Shown here: positions 10,219 to 19,177 of the stretch, one piece after another
Numbering within the stretch: position 1 is the first letter of the stretch
How the letters are laid out: every line of letters begins with the position of its first letter
NCBI RefSeq assembly: GCF_000008385.1
Contig: NC_006833.1
Span: 480,001 to 512,000 of the forward strand
DNA: 32,000 nt
Source: Wolbachia endosymbiont strain TRS of Brugia malayi
Lineage (GTDB): Bacteria; Pseudomonadota; Alphaproteobacteria; Rickettsiales; Anaplasmataceae
Direction: 5' to 3'
Made by a program: the position numbers and the translations under genes
Notes under the pieces: model-generated
What the model saw: the letters and a program-made list of their open reading frames with translations, nothing else
Told to the model about the DNA's origin: nothing
Database searches by the model: none

Positions 10219-11130
10219 TCAATGTTTAAGTATCTTGTTATCTGCACACTCATCATGTTCAATCTCAACTGTGGAGTGCGCTATTTCAAACCTATCTAGT
10301 AGTATTTTTTTTATTTCATACAAAATATCAGTGCGTTGTGTATTTTCCTTTACCTTGGCATGCATAGTAATTATAAAATAATTATCAGAAAGTGACCACG
10401 CATGTATATGGTGTACATCTACCACTTCAGGTAGTTCAGATATGATCTTACTTTTTATCTCCTCAGTAGATATACCTTCAGGTGCACCTTCAAGAAGTAT
10501 ATGACAAGAATTCTTTAGGATTTTATAGCCGCTATTTAGGATTATCACACTGACAAATATCGATAAAATTGGATCCACTATTTGCCATCCAGTAAGCATG
10601 ATAATTATTGATGCAAGTATAGCAGCCACAGAACCTAAAATATCTCCTATAACGTGCAGTACAGCACTCCTTATGTTTATATTATTTTCGCATTTACCAT
10701 GTAATATGAAAAAGACTACGATATTAGCAACCAGTCCAAGTGTGGCTATTATTAACATAATTTTCCACTCAATATTGATTGGAAAAATAAATCTCTTTAC
10801 CGACTCAATTATAATGATCACTGCAATGAGGAATAAAGTTAAACCATTAACAAACGCTGCAATTATCTGCAGTCTGTGATATCCATATGACCTTTGCAAA
10901 TCAGATTTCTTGGCTGAAAATTTATGCGCTATCCAGCTTAAGGCCAAGGCAAAGAGGTCAGTAAGCATATGCCCTGCATCTGATAACAGAGCTAGTGAAT
11001 GTGAAATTATTCCGCCTGCTATTTCCGTAAACATTGTTATTGCAACTATTATTATGGAATAGATTAAGCGCTTAGACTCTGCTGCTGAATGTTTGCCGTT
11101 GTGCACTGCTGTCATGTGAAATCTTTTCAT
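10219..11130 (-). CDS. cation diffusion facilitator (CDF) family transporter
   Basis: IIIVAITMFTEIAGGIISHSLALLSDAGHMLTDLFALALSWIAHKFSAKKSDLQRSYGYHRLQIIAAFVNGLTLFLI, plus HIHAWSL..... in the C-terminal domain. The start is moved from 11184 to the internal Met at 11130, because the upstream start would overlap the tRNA. Confidence 0.93.
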   Translation of the reverse strand: MKRFHMTAVHNGKHSAAESKRLIYSIIIVAITMFTEIAGGIISHSLALLSDAGHMLTDLFALALSWIAHKFSAKKSDLQRSYGYHRLQIIAAFVNGLTLFLIAVIIIIESVKRFIFPINIEWKIMLIIATLGLVANIVVFFILHGKCENNINIRSAVLHVIGDILGSVAAILASIIIMLTGWQIVDPILSIFVSVIILNSGYKILKNSCHILLEGAPEGISTEEIKSKIISELPEVVDVHHIHAWSLSDNYFIITMHAKVKENTQRTDILYEIKKILLDRFEIAHSTVEIEHDECADNKILKH

Positions 11131-11142
11131 GAACAAAAAACG

Positions 11143-11215
11143 TGGGTAACACTGGGTTCGAACCAGCGACCGCTTGCACGTCAAGCAAGTGCTCTACCAA
11201 CTGAGCTAATTACCC
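11143..11215 (-). tRNA. tRNA-Val(GAC)
   Basis: Reverse complement GGGTAATTAGCTCAGTTGGTAGAGCACTTGCTTGACGTGCAAGCGGTCGCTGGTTCGAACCCAGTGTTACCCA folds as a cloverleaf. Anticodon stem CTTGC/GCAAG, loop TTGACGT gives anticodon GAC. No encoded CCA. Confidence 0.95.
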
Positions 11216-11474
11216 ATCATGGTTTTAGTATAGTGCTTCAGCGGGACAAAAGTCAATTTGCTTTTAAATTTTTGTCCTTGTCACTTTATCCAATACAATG
11301 CCAGAATTTAGCTGTAGCTAAATCATAAAGCTTTAGTTATACTCCATATTTTACATATCAAATTAACTACTTATATCTTTTTGTTAAGATGAAAATTATA
11401 CCAGTATGGAAATTTACTCTTTTTTAGAGAGATCACGTTAAGATTGAAACATACATTTAAAAATCAAACATGAA

Positions 11475-13928
11475 ATGGAGGGTAAAATGTCCAATTATAT
11501 ACAAAATAGCGGAACTAGAGTTATAAGAGACGAATTACAAGCAACAGGTAAGGTCAGAGAAAACGAAGATCAACCTGTTGAAAATATAAAGATCACAAAT
11601 GACCATGCTTTCTACAAACTCATTTGTGAAAAACTAGTCCAAGGGGACTTTTCGGTGGAGCAGTTTAATTTGCTACACTATGATATCTCTGAGAAGATGA
11701 TAGAAAAACCTTTTACTATTAAGGAAATAAATGACTTCTGTGAGAAAAATGATATTCCTTTGTTCACGGTAAACGAGTTACTTACTCTTGTGCCAAAAGA
11801 CGACATAAAGTGTTACGTAGACTATGAAACAGATTCAGTAAGAAATCATGATCACGGATATATTGCTGATCAGATTAATATCAAAGCTTCATATATAAAG
11901 GCAGATTTAGTTAACCATCAAAGTTATCAAGATTATATTACGGACTCAGATACGTATTATGGATTTATATATAAAAAGCTTATTGTATCAGATGCTCTTG
12001 AAAAGCTCGAGAGAGGCGAAACTGAGGCACAAATAAGAGAAAGTCTTGGTAATATCAATAGAAAAGAAATCAAGGAGTTGTTAGAAAAGGTTCCTCAAGG
12101 GAGCCTCAAAGAATGGCTCAGTGATCCAGCGAATAAAGGATATACAGACGTGGAATATCATGTGTTATACGAAAAAATCTCTGAAGAGCTTGTGCATACT
12201 AGTATGAGTATTAATCGGATTAAGGAGATATATGATAAGTATGGTATAGTACCTCCAACAGAGAGTGAATTCGAAAGTCTGAAAAAAGTACAGGGAGAAA
12301 AGAGATCTATTGAATATCATGAGCAAAAAACAGGTTTAACATTCCAGGGTAGGATAAATCTAAACGTTACTGATAATAATGCTGATAATGAGTTTAGCCT
12401 AAACATTGACCTATTTCAGAACAAAAATTTTGAAGATCTTACCGATCAAAATGGTGATGGTGTTATTAATAATGAAGGTCTCCTAAAATCATTAGAAGAC
12501 ACTGTGAAGACGTTCAATGAAGTCTTTGGAATAAAAAAAGATAATAATCCACTTCTAGTATATGGAAACATTGCTAACTTTAGACTGTTCTTGTTTGAAA
12601 GTAAGGAAAGCTACCAAAAATATTTAAGTGGCGATCATGATGCTCATATACCAGGCGGTGGTGTAGCACAATTCTCTGACAATAACTATATTAGTAATAT
12701 GTATTCTCATGCTGAAAACGCTAGAAGTGATTTTAACGGTGATAAAGAAGGGAATTGCAAGGATTATAACTACGTCATCAAGCATGAACTTGTCCATGCG
12801 TTAACGTTCTATTTAACTTCTAAGCTGGATCTTGGCAAAGTTTTAATGGAAGGGTTAGCAGAATACGTAACACACTTAACAGAAGGAGAAAAACCAGCTG
12901 ATTTTGCAAAACTCGTTGGTGAGGAATATAAGGAACATACCTTAGAGGAGATAATCAAAGGAGCTGTTGATCCTTATCAGACAGGAGCAGCAATTATTGC
13001 ATATATTGAAGAGACTTATCCAAATTTTATTGATAACCTGCTCTATGCAGCAACAGAAGATAGGAAAACTCTGAATGGTCGTTTTTACTTCAAGGAAATG
13101 ATGCAAAAGATTTACCAAAGCGAAGAAGACAAAATTCAAAAAGGAGAAGGGTTTTCTAATTGGGTAAAAACCTACTCAAGCGCGGAAAATATAACTATTG
13201 AGCCTGGCCATGCTCAACATGAGCAACAAGCAGTAGGTAACGAAAAAGATGAAGCGCAGTCTTATAGTTCAAAAGGACAAGTAAGTGAAGATAGAACTGA
13301 AGTCCATCCTACTGGTTCATTTCGTGGCTTAGAAGTACCTAAGAAACCAGTAATACATGAACAAAATAAAGGGCAAGAAAACATTGTTCTAAAAGACACA
13401 ATCCTCAAAATAGAAAAAAGTTATGAGCGAGATTCAGAGGGAAAGCATAAGGCAAATGTAATCATAGATTATTATGACATGAAAGCCTTGTATGATAGAG
13501 TTGCTGGAGCGAAAAAGCAATCTGTGTTAAAGTTTTGGAATAAATTGGCTGAATCAGAATATAAGGTTGGTGCTTTGTCAGAAGACAAATACTACTTTAA
13601 AGATGGTAAGTTCGTAATTCATGATAGTAACGAGAAAAAGCTTGTAGTGTTACCTGAAGATAAAGTATCGATCAAGATAATGAAGGATGGGAACCATTAT
13701 GATTTAGCTATATCTAATAAGGAGGGTAAGGTAATAAGTAGTATTACTAAAATAGACAACTTAAACTATGAGTTGCTATTAGATATAAGTGATTTCAGCT
13801 TGGAAGCACAAGATAGCACTACGTTTTCAGATCAACACAATGAATATGATCTTTACCTAGAAAATGGCTTAGTGAAAATGTTTGATTGTGCGAGCGATCA
13901 TATTTACCATGATCATAGCTTAATCTAA
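11475..13928 (+). CDS. large HExxH zinc metallopeptidase-like protein (M9 collagenase-like core), candidate secreted/effector protein
   Basis: 817 aa. The core DYNYVIKHELVHALTFYLTSKLDLGKVLMEGLAEYVTHLTEGE has HExxH plus a downstream EGLAEY glutamate, followed by YQTGAAIIAYIEETYPNFIDNLLYA. An EF-hand-like DQNGDGVINNEG lies at the start of this domain. The start may be the ATG at 11475 or the internal M at 11487. Confidence 0.85.
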   Translation: MEGKMSNYIQNSGTRVIRDELQATGKVRENEDQPVENIKITNDHAFYKLICEKLVQGDFSVEQFNLLHYDISEKMIEKPFTIKEINDFCEKNDIPLFTVNELLTLVPKDDIKCYVDYETDSVRNHDHGYIADQINIKASYIKADLVNHQSYQDYITDSDTYYGFIYKKLIVSDALEKLERGETEAQIRESLGNINRKEIKELLEKVPQGSLKEWLSDPANKGYTDVEYHVLYEKISEELVHTSMSINRIKEIYDKYGIVPPTESEFESLKKVQGEKRSIEYHEQKTGLTFQGRINLNVTDNNADNEFSLNIDLFQNKNFEDLTDQNGDGVINNEGLLKSLEDTVKTFNEVFGIKKDNNPLLVYGNIANFRLFLFESKESYQKYLSGDHDAHIPGGGVAQFSDNNYISNMYSHAENARSDFNGDKEGNCKDYNYVIKHELVHALTFYLTSKLDLGKVLMEGLAEYVTHLTEGEKPADFAKLVGEEYKEHTLEEIIKGAVDPYQTGAAIIAYIEETYPNFIDNLLYAATEDRKTLNGRFYFKEMMQKIYQSEEDKIQKGEGFSNWVKTYSSAENITIEPGHAQHEQQAVGNEKDEAQSYSSKGQVSEDRTEVHPTGSFRGLEVPKKPVIHEQNKGQENIVLKDTILKIEKSYERDSEGKHKANVIIDYYDMKALYDRVAGAKKQSVLKFWNKLAESEYKVGALSEDKYYFKDGKFVIHDSNEKKLVVLPEDKVSIKIMKDGNHYDLAISNKEGKVISSITKIDNLNYELLLDISDFSLEAQDSTTFSDQHNEYDLYLENGLVKMFDCASDHIYHDHSLI

Positions 13929-13937
13929 CAAACACAT

Positions 13938-13969
13938 AAAGAGTTGCTGCTTGAATGCAGTAGCTCTTT
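13938..13969. terminator. hairpin between convergent genes, possible bidirectional terminator
   Basis: aaagagttgctgc-ttgaat-gcagtagctcttt: 13-bp stem with two G-U positions, between the 13928 stop (+) and the pyrB stop (-). No strong U-tract. Confidence 0.5.
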
Positions 13970-14037
13970 GATGTATATGAAGTTTACTATGTAATATTAG
14001 ATATAAATTATTATAAAACCACACACTTTTTTTGATA

Positions 14038-14934
14038 CTAGCAAGGCCTATAATAGTGCAGCACTGCTTTGCGTATTGCCAGTCCAAATTCCACCTGTTG
14101 TAAAATAATATGATCTGTTATATCACTGCTAATTTCAATCCCTCTATTTATTGGCCCTGGGTGCATAACAATTGCATTTGATTTTGCACATAACAACTTT
14201 TGTGAATCAAGCCCATACAAATAGAAATATTCCCTATTTGAAGGAATAAAACAACCACTATTCATGCGCTCTTTCTGTAATCTCAGAAGCATAATTACAT
14301 CGGCATCTTTTATACCCTCAATTAATGAATAATAGATTGAATCTACCTCAGGAAAATGTTTGCAAATTAAAGTTGGCGGTGCAACCAAGCATATTTTTGC
14401 TCCAAACATTTTTAGCAATCTTATATTTGATCTTGCAACTCTGCTGTGCAAAATATCTCCACATATAACAATTTTGAGATTTTTTATTTGCTTTTTATGA
14501 CTACTGATTACAAAATAATCTGCAAGAGCCTGAGTTGGGTGTTCACTGCTTCCATCACCTGCATTAATTAGCAAACAACTAACATGCTTAGCCAGCATGT
14601 TCACAATGCCGCTGCTTTTTTGCCTAACCACTATATAGTCAGGGTTCATTGCATTTAACGTTTTTATCATATCCGTCAAATCCTCCCCTTTATTAATAGA
14701 AGAAGATTTTACTGGCAAGGTTACAACGTTTGCTCCAAGGCTTTTGGCTGCCATTTCAAAAGACGTAAGTGTACGTGTTGAATCTTCAAAGAATAAATTT
14801 ATTACTGTTTTATTTTCCAAGATACGACCATTTGCAGCCTTATTTTCTAGATATTGTCCAGCCAATTCAATTATATTTCCCACATCATTGACTGTGAAAT
14901 CTAGAACACTTAGCAAATCCTTTCTATTACTCAT
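14038..14934 (-). CDS. pyrB: aspartate carbamoyltransferase catalytic subunit
   Basis: 298 aa: NLFFEDSTRTLTSFEMAAKSLGANVV, NAGDGSSEHPTQALADYF, IKNLKIVICGDILHSRVARSN, MHPGPINRGIEI. Confidence 0.97.
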   Translation of the reverse strand: MSNRKDLLSVLDFTVNDVGNIIELAGQYLENKAANGRILENKTVINLFFEDSTRTLTSFEMAAKSLGANVVTLPVKSSSINKGEDLTDMIKTLNAMNPDYIVVRQKSSGIVNMLAKHVSCLLINAGDGSSEHPTQALADYFVISSHKKQIKNLKIVICGDILHSRVARSNIRLLKMFGAKICLVAPPTLICKHFPEVDSIYYSLIEGIKDADVIMLLRLQKERMNSGCFIPSNREYFYLYGLDSQKLLCAKSNAIVMHPGPINRGIEISSDITDHIILQQVEFGLAIRKAVLHYYRPC

Positions 14935-15164
14935 AGTTTCTTTTAATATACAATTGCGATTTAATCTATTCTACTTTTTTACTACTTTTTTTTCAATAAG
15001 CTTCTTGCGCAACAATTGTTTTAGCTCAGCCTATAGATATTGCATTAAAACAAAAACTGGTATTAATCGATAGTTAGTACTCTACTTTTATCATAGTCAT
15101 TATACCAGTAGTGAGTGAGGCTCAAAATGGTCAAAAAAAACTGAAGAAAAAGGTGAACAACTCG

Positions 15165-15665
15165 ATCTAAAAAGCAAAATACTAAACTACCTGCCATGAA
15201 AAACAACGCCAACAGAGGAAAAGTAAAAAAGAAAGTATACAACCAGATCGTTTAGAGAAATTTTTGGTCGAAGCTGGCATTATTGCAATAAGAATTAGTG
15301 TTATTGCAGTTGGTTTTCTCCTCAGAAGACCAATTGGTGGTGCAGTCGCTATCGGTCTTATAGTTGTTCGATTCTATATCAAATGGCAAGCTTATTACAA
15401 GGAATAGCAAAAGAATTGAGTGTAGGTTATTATGCACTCAATTGGGTAAAAGATAAAATACTAGATGCAGGAAAATGAGGAGTAGACAAGGTAAGAAATT
15501 CTGAAAAAATAATTGAGAAAAAGTCAATATATAACTTTAAAAATCCTGCCTATTCTCCTAACATAAAGTCAAAGAGTGGTGAAAAAGAAGTTGATTATAA
15601 AACAAGAATACTGAAAGACAGATTGTAGGTGCTTTTATTAAAAAAGAGGTAGAAAAAGCTTTTTA
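15165..15665 (+). pseudogene. degraded membrane-protein-like coding remnant, family unknown
   Basis: Open stretches HEKQRQQRKSKKESIQPDRLEKFLVEAGIIAIRISVIAVGFLLRRPIGGAVAIGLIVVRFYIKWQAYYKE* and AKELSVGYYALNWVKDKILDAGK*GVDKVRNSEKIIEKKSIYNFKNPAYSPNIKSKSGEKEVDYKTRILKDRL*, interrupted by stops and without clear starts. Confidence 0.35.
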
Positions 15666-15710
15666 AACAATATTAAAATTTAAGTAGATGCTATGCTGTA
15701 GATTAAATAA

Positions 15711-16130
15711 AACCACTTAATAAACCTCGCTAGCCCATCCTATTAATCATGATGCTGAAGGTATTCAGTTATCTTCAATCTGTGCAGATTAAAATGACAA
15801 AGTATTACATAGTTGGCGTCTTGTGTTTTATTTTTTGCACTATATGTACCTTATGTCTTCATAACATTTTTAAGTTTTTACCTATATAAGCTGAAACTCG
15901 CTTGTAAAGCGTTTAAGACAGTATAATATGCCAATTTGCAGGATTAGAGGGTAAACACTATCTACCACTGGATATCTTTTGCTTTTTTTATTTATTAAAT
16001 TTTTTAATATTTATAGCTACCGTCATTTTGCTGCTTGTTAGCGGGATCTAGAGATGCCTAGAATGAATTGCAGTATGATAAACTGCGCCCAGCGTCACGC
16101 AATGGAATAACACCTTCTTGGTGGATTAAA
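15711..16130 (+). repeat. dispersed intergenic element, copy B
   Basis: aacctcgctagccc...ttcaatctgtgcagattaaaa...ttttattttttgcactatatgtaccttatgtcttca...tttttacctatataagctgaaactcgcttgtaaagcgtttaagacagtataatatgccaatttgcaggattagagggtaaacactat. Confidence 0.87.
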
Positions 16131-16423
16131 ATCACAGTGTTTATACAGGTGTATTAGAGCATAGAGATACAAAACCCTTTTATGTAAAATCAATCTACAG
16201 AATTTATATCTTAAGCCTTATGGTTATTTTTTTACTATGAATGACCTTTTCATGTATAATAATATTTGAAATTGATATTAATTAAATTAAAATATTGGTA
16301 AATAATCAACCTAAAGCCTTAATATACTAATATCATATAATTATTTAGTACAACTTATATGATATTAATACTTTGAGATATCAAATTTATGTTGTAATGT
16401 TTTACAAAGCTTTTGATAGGTGA

Positions 16424-16729
16424 GTGTATATGGAAATAATATCATTAAACAATAACTCGTGCAGTGTAGAAATAAAAAAGAAGCTGCTCAGTATAATAAC
16501 TAAAGTTATAGAAAAAAACACTTGGACTCAAGCTCATGCCGCCGAGAGACTAGGTGTTGATCAGCCAAAGATATCGCAAATTAAAAATGGCAAAACAGAT
16601 GGTTTTTCTTTAGAACGACTGTTAGGGTTTCTCAAGAAATTCGACCATGAGATAACAATTACGATAACAGAAAGTCAAGCAGTAAAACCTGAAACAGAAA
16701 AGGTTAAACGTGAAGTTGGATCTCCATAG
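16424..16729 (+). CDS. XRE/HTH-domain transcriptional regulator (HigA-like antitoxin type), apparently orphan
   Basis: 101 aa: TWTQAHAAERLGVDQPKISQIKNGKTDGFSLERLLGFLKKFDHEITITI. No toxin ORF is adjacent. Confidence 0.85.
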   Translation: MYMEIISLNNNSCSVEIKKKLLSIITKVIEKNTWTQAHAAERLGVDQPKISQIKNGKTDGFSLERLLGFLKKFDHEITITITESQAVKPETEKVKREVGSP

Positions 16730-16731
16730 GC

Positions 16732-16757
16732 ACAAAGTTGACACTTTGTTTTTTTTG
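16732..16757 (+). terminator. rho-independent terminator
   Basis: ACAAAGT-TGAC-ACTTTGT followed by a run of 8 T, directly after the HTH gene. Confidence 0.85.
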
Positions 16758-16791
16758 TAGTATAATGTAAAGTTTATCGAGGTAGTATTTT

Positions 16792-17220
16792 ATGGCTGAG
16801 TCTGTTATAGAAAAATGTACAGAGCAGGTGAGTAACCGTTTTAAATTAGCCCTACTGGCAAGTCAGAGGACACATGATTTAAATACAGGGGCGAGTAATC
16901 CTGTTCAATCAGCTAGATTTAAAGGCCATAAAAACACCATCATTTCTCTGTACGAAATAGCAGAAAGGCAGGTGGATACTCATGAGCTGTTTAGCCTTTT
17001 GGTAAGCAGATGCAAGGAGTATATGAAAGGAAATCTGAGTAATACCTACAGCAGTAATACGAGTAAGCTAGAAAAACTACTAAACTTTTCTAATGATCAG
17101 TTTAACACAGATGCTGATGTAGATCAAGAAAGTACTGATATTCAGGATGACGAGGTAGAAAATGAAATGAGCAATCAAGATAGTGAGGATATAGATGATG
17201 AAGTAGACAATGAAGAGTAA
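16792..17220 (+). CDS. rpoZ: DNA-directed RNA polymerase subunit omega with acidic C-terminal extension
   Basis: 142 aa: EKCTEQVSNRFKLALLASQRTHDLNTGA...NTIISLYEIAERQVD, with a tail STDIQDDEVENEMSNQDSEDIDDEVDNEE. Confidence 0.88.
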   Translation: MAESVIEKCTEQVSNRFKLALLASQRTHDLNTGASNPVQSARFKGHKNTIISLYEIAERQVDTHELFSLLVSRCKEYMKGNLSNTYSSNTSKLEKLLNFSNDQFNTDADVDQESTDIQDDEVENEMSNQDSEDIDDEVDNEE

Positions 17221-17257
17221 ACTAAGTAGAGTCCTATTGGAGTTGTGTAACCTATAA

Positions 17258-17500
17258 ATGATTCATGTTGCTATTTACATGTTACTGCTTTGTATGAGTG
17301 CAATGTTGTACCGTATAGCAAAGTTAAGTGACATTTACAATAAGGCTCTAGCGTTTAATCATTTCTCAACACAAGTAATTTTACTCATAACAGCAGTATC
17401 GATCATTTTGGATAGTTTTTTTTTGGTTGATATAGCATTGTTGTATGCTAGTGTCAGTTTTATATCAACTATAGCACTAATGAGGTTAATGTTGCTTTGA
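17258..17500 (+). CDS. Mrp/Mnh monovalent cation/H+ antiporter subunit F-like
   Basis: 80-aa three-TM protein directly upstream of an MnhG homologue, consistent with MrpF: RIAKLSDIYNKALAFNHFSTQVILLI. Confidence 0.75.
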   Translation: MIHVAIYMLLLCMSAMLYRIAKLSDIYNKALAFNHFSTQVILLITAVSIILDSFFLVDIALLYASVSFISTIALMRLMLL

Positions 17501-17506
17501 TAATTT

Positions 17507-17794
17507 ATGATAGGGTCTATTTTCATATTTTTAGGTATTTGTTTAGTAACTATTTCAACCATAGGGGTAATTAGATTTACTGATTTCTACACCAGATTAC
17601 ACGCAGCAGGTATTACAGATTCTAGCGGTGCAATGTTATTATTAATTGGTCTCGCTTTGCAGAATGAATTTTCAGTCAATACTGTTAAAATAGTACTATT
17701 AATTTTTATAATATGGGTAGCTAACTCAACTAATAGTTATATTTTAGCACGCACTCATTATAAAAGTAAGGAAAAAGCTATTAAGGAAAGTTAA
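17507..17794 (+). CDS. mnhG: monovalent cation/H+ antiporter subunit G
   Basis: 95 aa: IFIFLGICLVTISTIGVIRFTDFYTRLHAAGITDSSGAMLLLIGL, an MnhG/MrpG signature. Confidence 0.92.
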   Translation: MIGSIFIFLGICLVTISTIGVIRFTDFYTRLHAAGITDSSGAMLLLIGLALQNEFSVNTVKIVLLIFIIWVANSTNSYILARTHYKSKEKAIKES

Positions 17795-17795
17795 G

Positions 17796-18323
17796 ATGTT
17801 AGAAATACTGAATGTAACATTACTTTTACTGCTACTTATAGTTGCTATTTTTATAGTTCTCTCAAATCATTTAGTCACAAGTGGTGTTCTAATGTGTGCA
17901 TTTAGCTCACTCATCGCACTTATATATCTAATTATGAATGCACCTGATGTTGCAATTACTGAAGCTTCTGTTGGTGCAGGGCTCAGTACAGTTTTTACAT
18001 TTGCTGCACTCTCTTTAATAAAGAACCATAAAGTAGATTTATCTCACAACCCTATAATACTTTTTTTTATGTTATTTCTAGCTATATGTTTATCACACTT
18101 TATGACCCAATTACCAGATTTTGGCAGCTATGATGCTCCCATTCACTCACATGTTGCTCCTTACTATATAGAAAATACTAAAAAAGCCGTTGGCATTCCC
18201 AATATAGTAACAGCTGTTTTAGCAGGCTTCCGTGGCTATGACACATTTGGAGAAACTATAGTAGTTTTCACCGCCGCACTTTGCATAACATTAATATTAA
18301 AAGAAGAAAAAGAAAATGATTAA
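17796..18323 (+). CDS. DUF4040 / MrpA C-terminal-like antiporter subunit
   Basis: 175 aa: SSLIALIYLIMNAPDVAITEASVGAGLSTVFTFAALSL, and IVTAVLAGFRGYDTFGETIVVFTAALCITLIL. Confidence 0.88.
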   Translation: MLEILNVTLLLLLLIVAIFIVLSNHLVTSGVLMCAFSSLIALIYLIMNAPDVAITEASVGAGLSTVFTFAALSLIKNHKVDLSHNPIILFFMLFLAICLSHFMTQLPDFGSYDAPIHSHVAPYYIENTKKAVGIPNIVTAVLAGFRGYDTFGETIVVFTAALCITLILKEEKEND

Positions 18324-18732
18324 AGATCCAGTATTAAATGCAGTAACGTTTTTGATGGTACCTCTTATTATTTTATTTGCTTTATATATACAATTTCATG
18401 GTGACTATACCCCAGGTGGAGGGTTTCAAGCAGGAATAATCATTGCCTCTGGGATAATATTATACTCAATGCTATTTGGTGTATCCACAACTCTAAAAGC
18501 AATACCTTACTCTGCAATTAAATTCACTAGCATGCTAGGCATTTTTATTTATGGGGGAACGGGTATTGCAACAGTTTTACTTGGCCAAAATTTTTTATCT
18601 TACGATATATTGTTAGCTAACAACGTTGCAGGTCAAAAATTGGGTATTTTCTTGGTGGAATTGGGTGTAGCACTTACTGTTTGTTCCTCCATGCTAATCA
18701 TATATATAGATTTTGCTCGCAGAAAAAAATAA
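18316..18732 (+). CDS. mnhB: MnhB-domain antiporter subunit B
   Basis: 138 aa: LFALYIQFHGDYTPGGGFQAGIIIASGIILYSMLFG. Overlaps the preceding gene by 8 nt. Confidence 0.92.
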   Translation: MIKDPVLNAVTFLMVPLIILFALYIQFHGDYTPGGGFQAGIIIASGIILYSMLFGVSTTLKAIPYSAIKFTSMLGIFIYGGTGIATVLLGQNFLSYDILLANNVAGQKLGIFLVELGVALTVCSSMLIIYIDFARRKK

Positions 18733-19058
18733 TGACTTTATACAATTATACAATTATTACTATATTAATGACGCTAGGTTTATATACCATCATAAATGAC
18801 AAAAACTTAATTAAGAAAATGATAGGGGTAAGCATTTTCCAAGCATCTGTTCTGTTATTTTACATATCTCTTGGGTATATAAAAAGCTCCTTACCCCCTA
18901 TATTAGTTTCAAATTCTCACTTATATAGCAATCCTGTACCACACGTTCTAATGCTCACTGCCATAGTAGTCGGAATTGCAACATTTTCAGTTGGATTATC
19001 CATAGCAGTAAGAATAGAAGAAAGATATGGAATAATTGATCAAGACAAGCGTATGTGA
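18732..19058 (+). CDS. mnhC: antiporter subunit C (NuoK-like)
   Basis: ATG at 18732 overlaps the mnhB stop (TAATG). GLYTIINDKNLIKKMIGVSIFQASVLLFYISLGYI...NPVPHVLMLTAIVVGIATFSVGLSIAVRI is MnhC/NuoK type. The longer ATG at 18681 in the track would overlap mnhB by 52 nt. Confidence 0.9.
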   Translation: MTLYNYTIITILMTLGLYTIINDKNLIKKMIGVSIFQASVLLFYISLGYIKSSLPPILVSNSHLYSNPVPHVLMLTAIVVGIATFSVGLSIAVRIEERYGIIDQDKRM

Positions 19059-19116
19059 GTTAACAATGTCTTAAACTATATGAAGTAATAAGTAGCCACA
19101 AGCTAAAAATAAAGTC

Positions 19117-19141
19117 ATAGGCTTACTTATTGTAAGCCTAT
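19117..19141 (+). terminator. hairpin terminator candidate after the mnh cluster
   Basis: ATAGGCTTAC-TTATT-GTAAGCCTAT: perfect 10-bp stem, between mnhC and rpoD. Confidence 0.65.
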
Positions 19142-19177
19142 TTACTAATAAGAAATAGATTTTAAACTATAAGGGTA

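Noticed and set aside
10598-10879. Plus-strand ORF across the CDF gene (and 10160..10381 +)
   Set aside because: Antisense to a conserved CDF transporter, with no independent support.
11089-11328. 79-aa plus-strand ORF over tRNA-Val
   Set aside because: It crosses the tRNA and the start of the CDF gene, and is typical of a spurious annotation over a tRNA (WVTLGSNQRPLARQASALPTELI).
15252-15437. 61-aa minus-strand secreted-like ORF
   Set aside because: Antisense to the hydrophobic pseudogene remnant. The apparent signal peptide is likely the complement of that hydrophobic segment's low-complexity codons.
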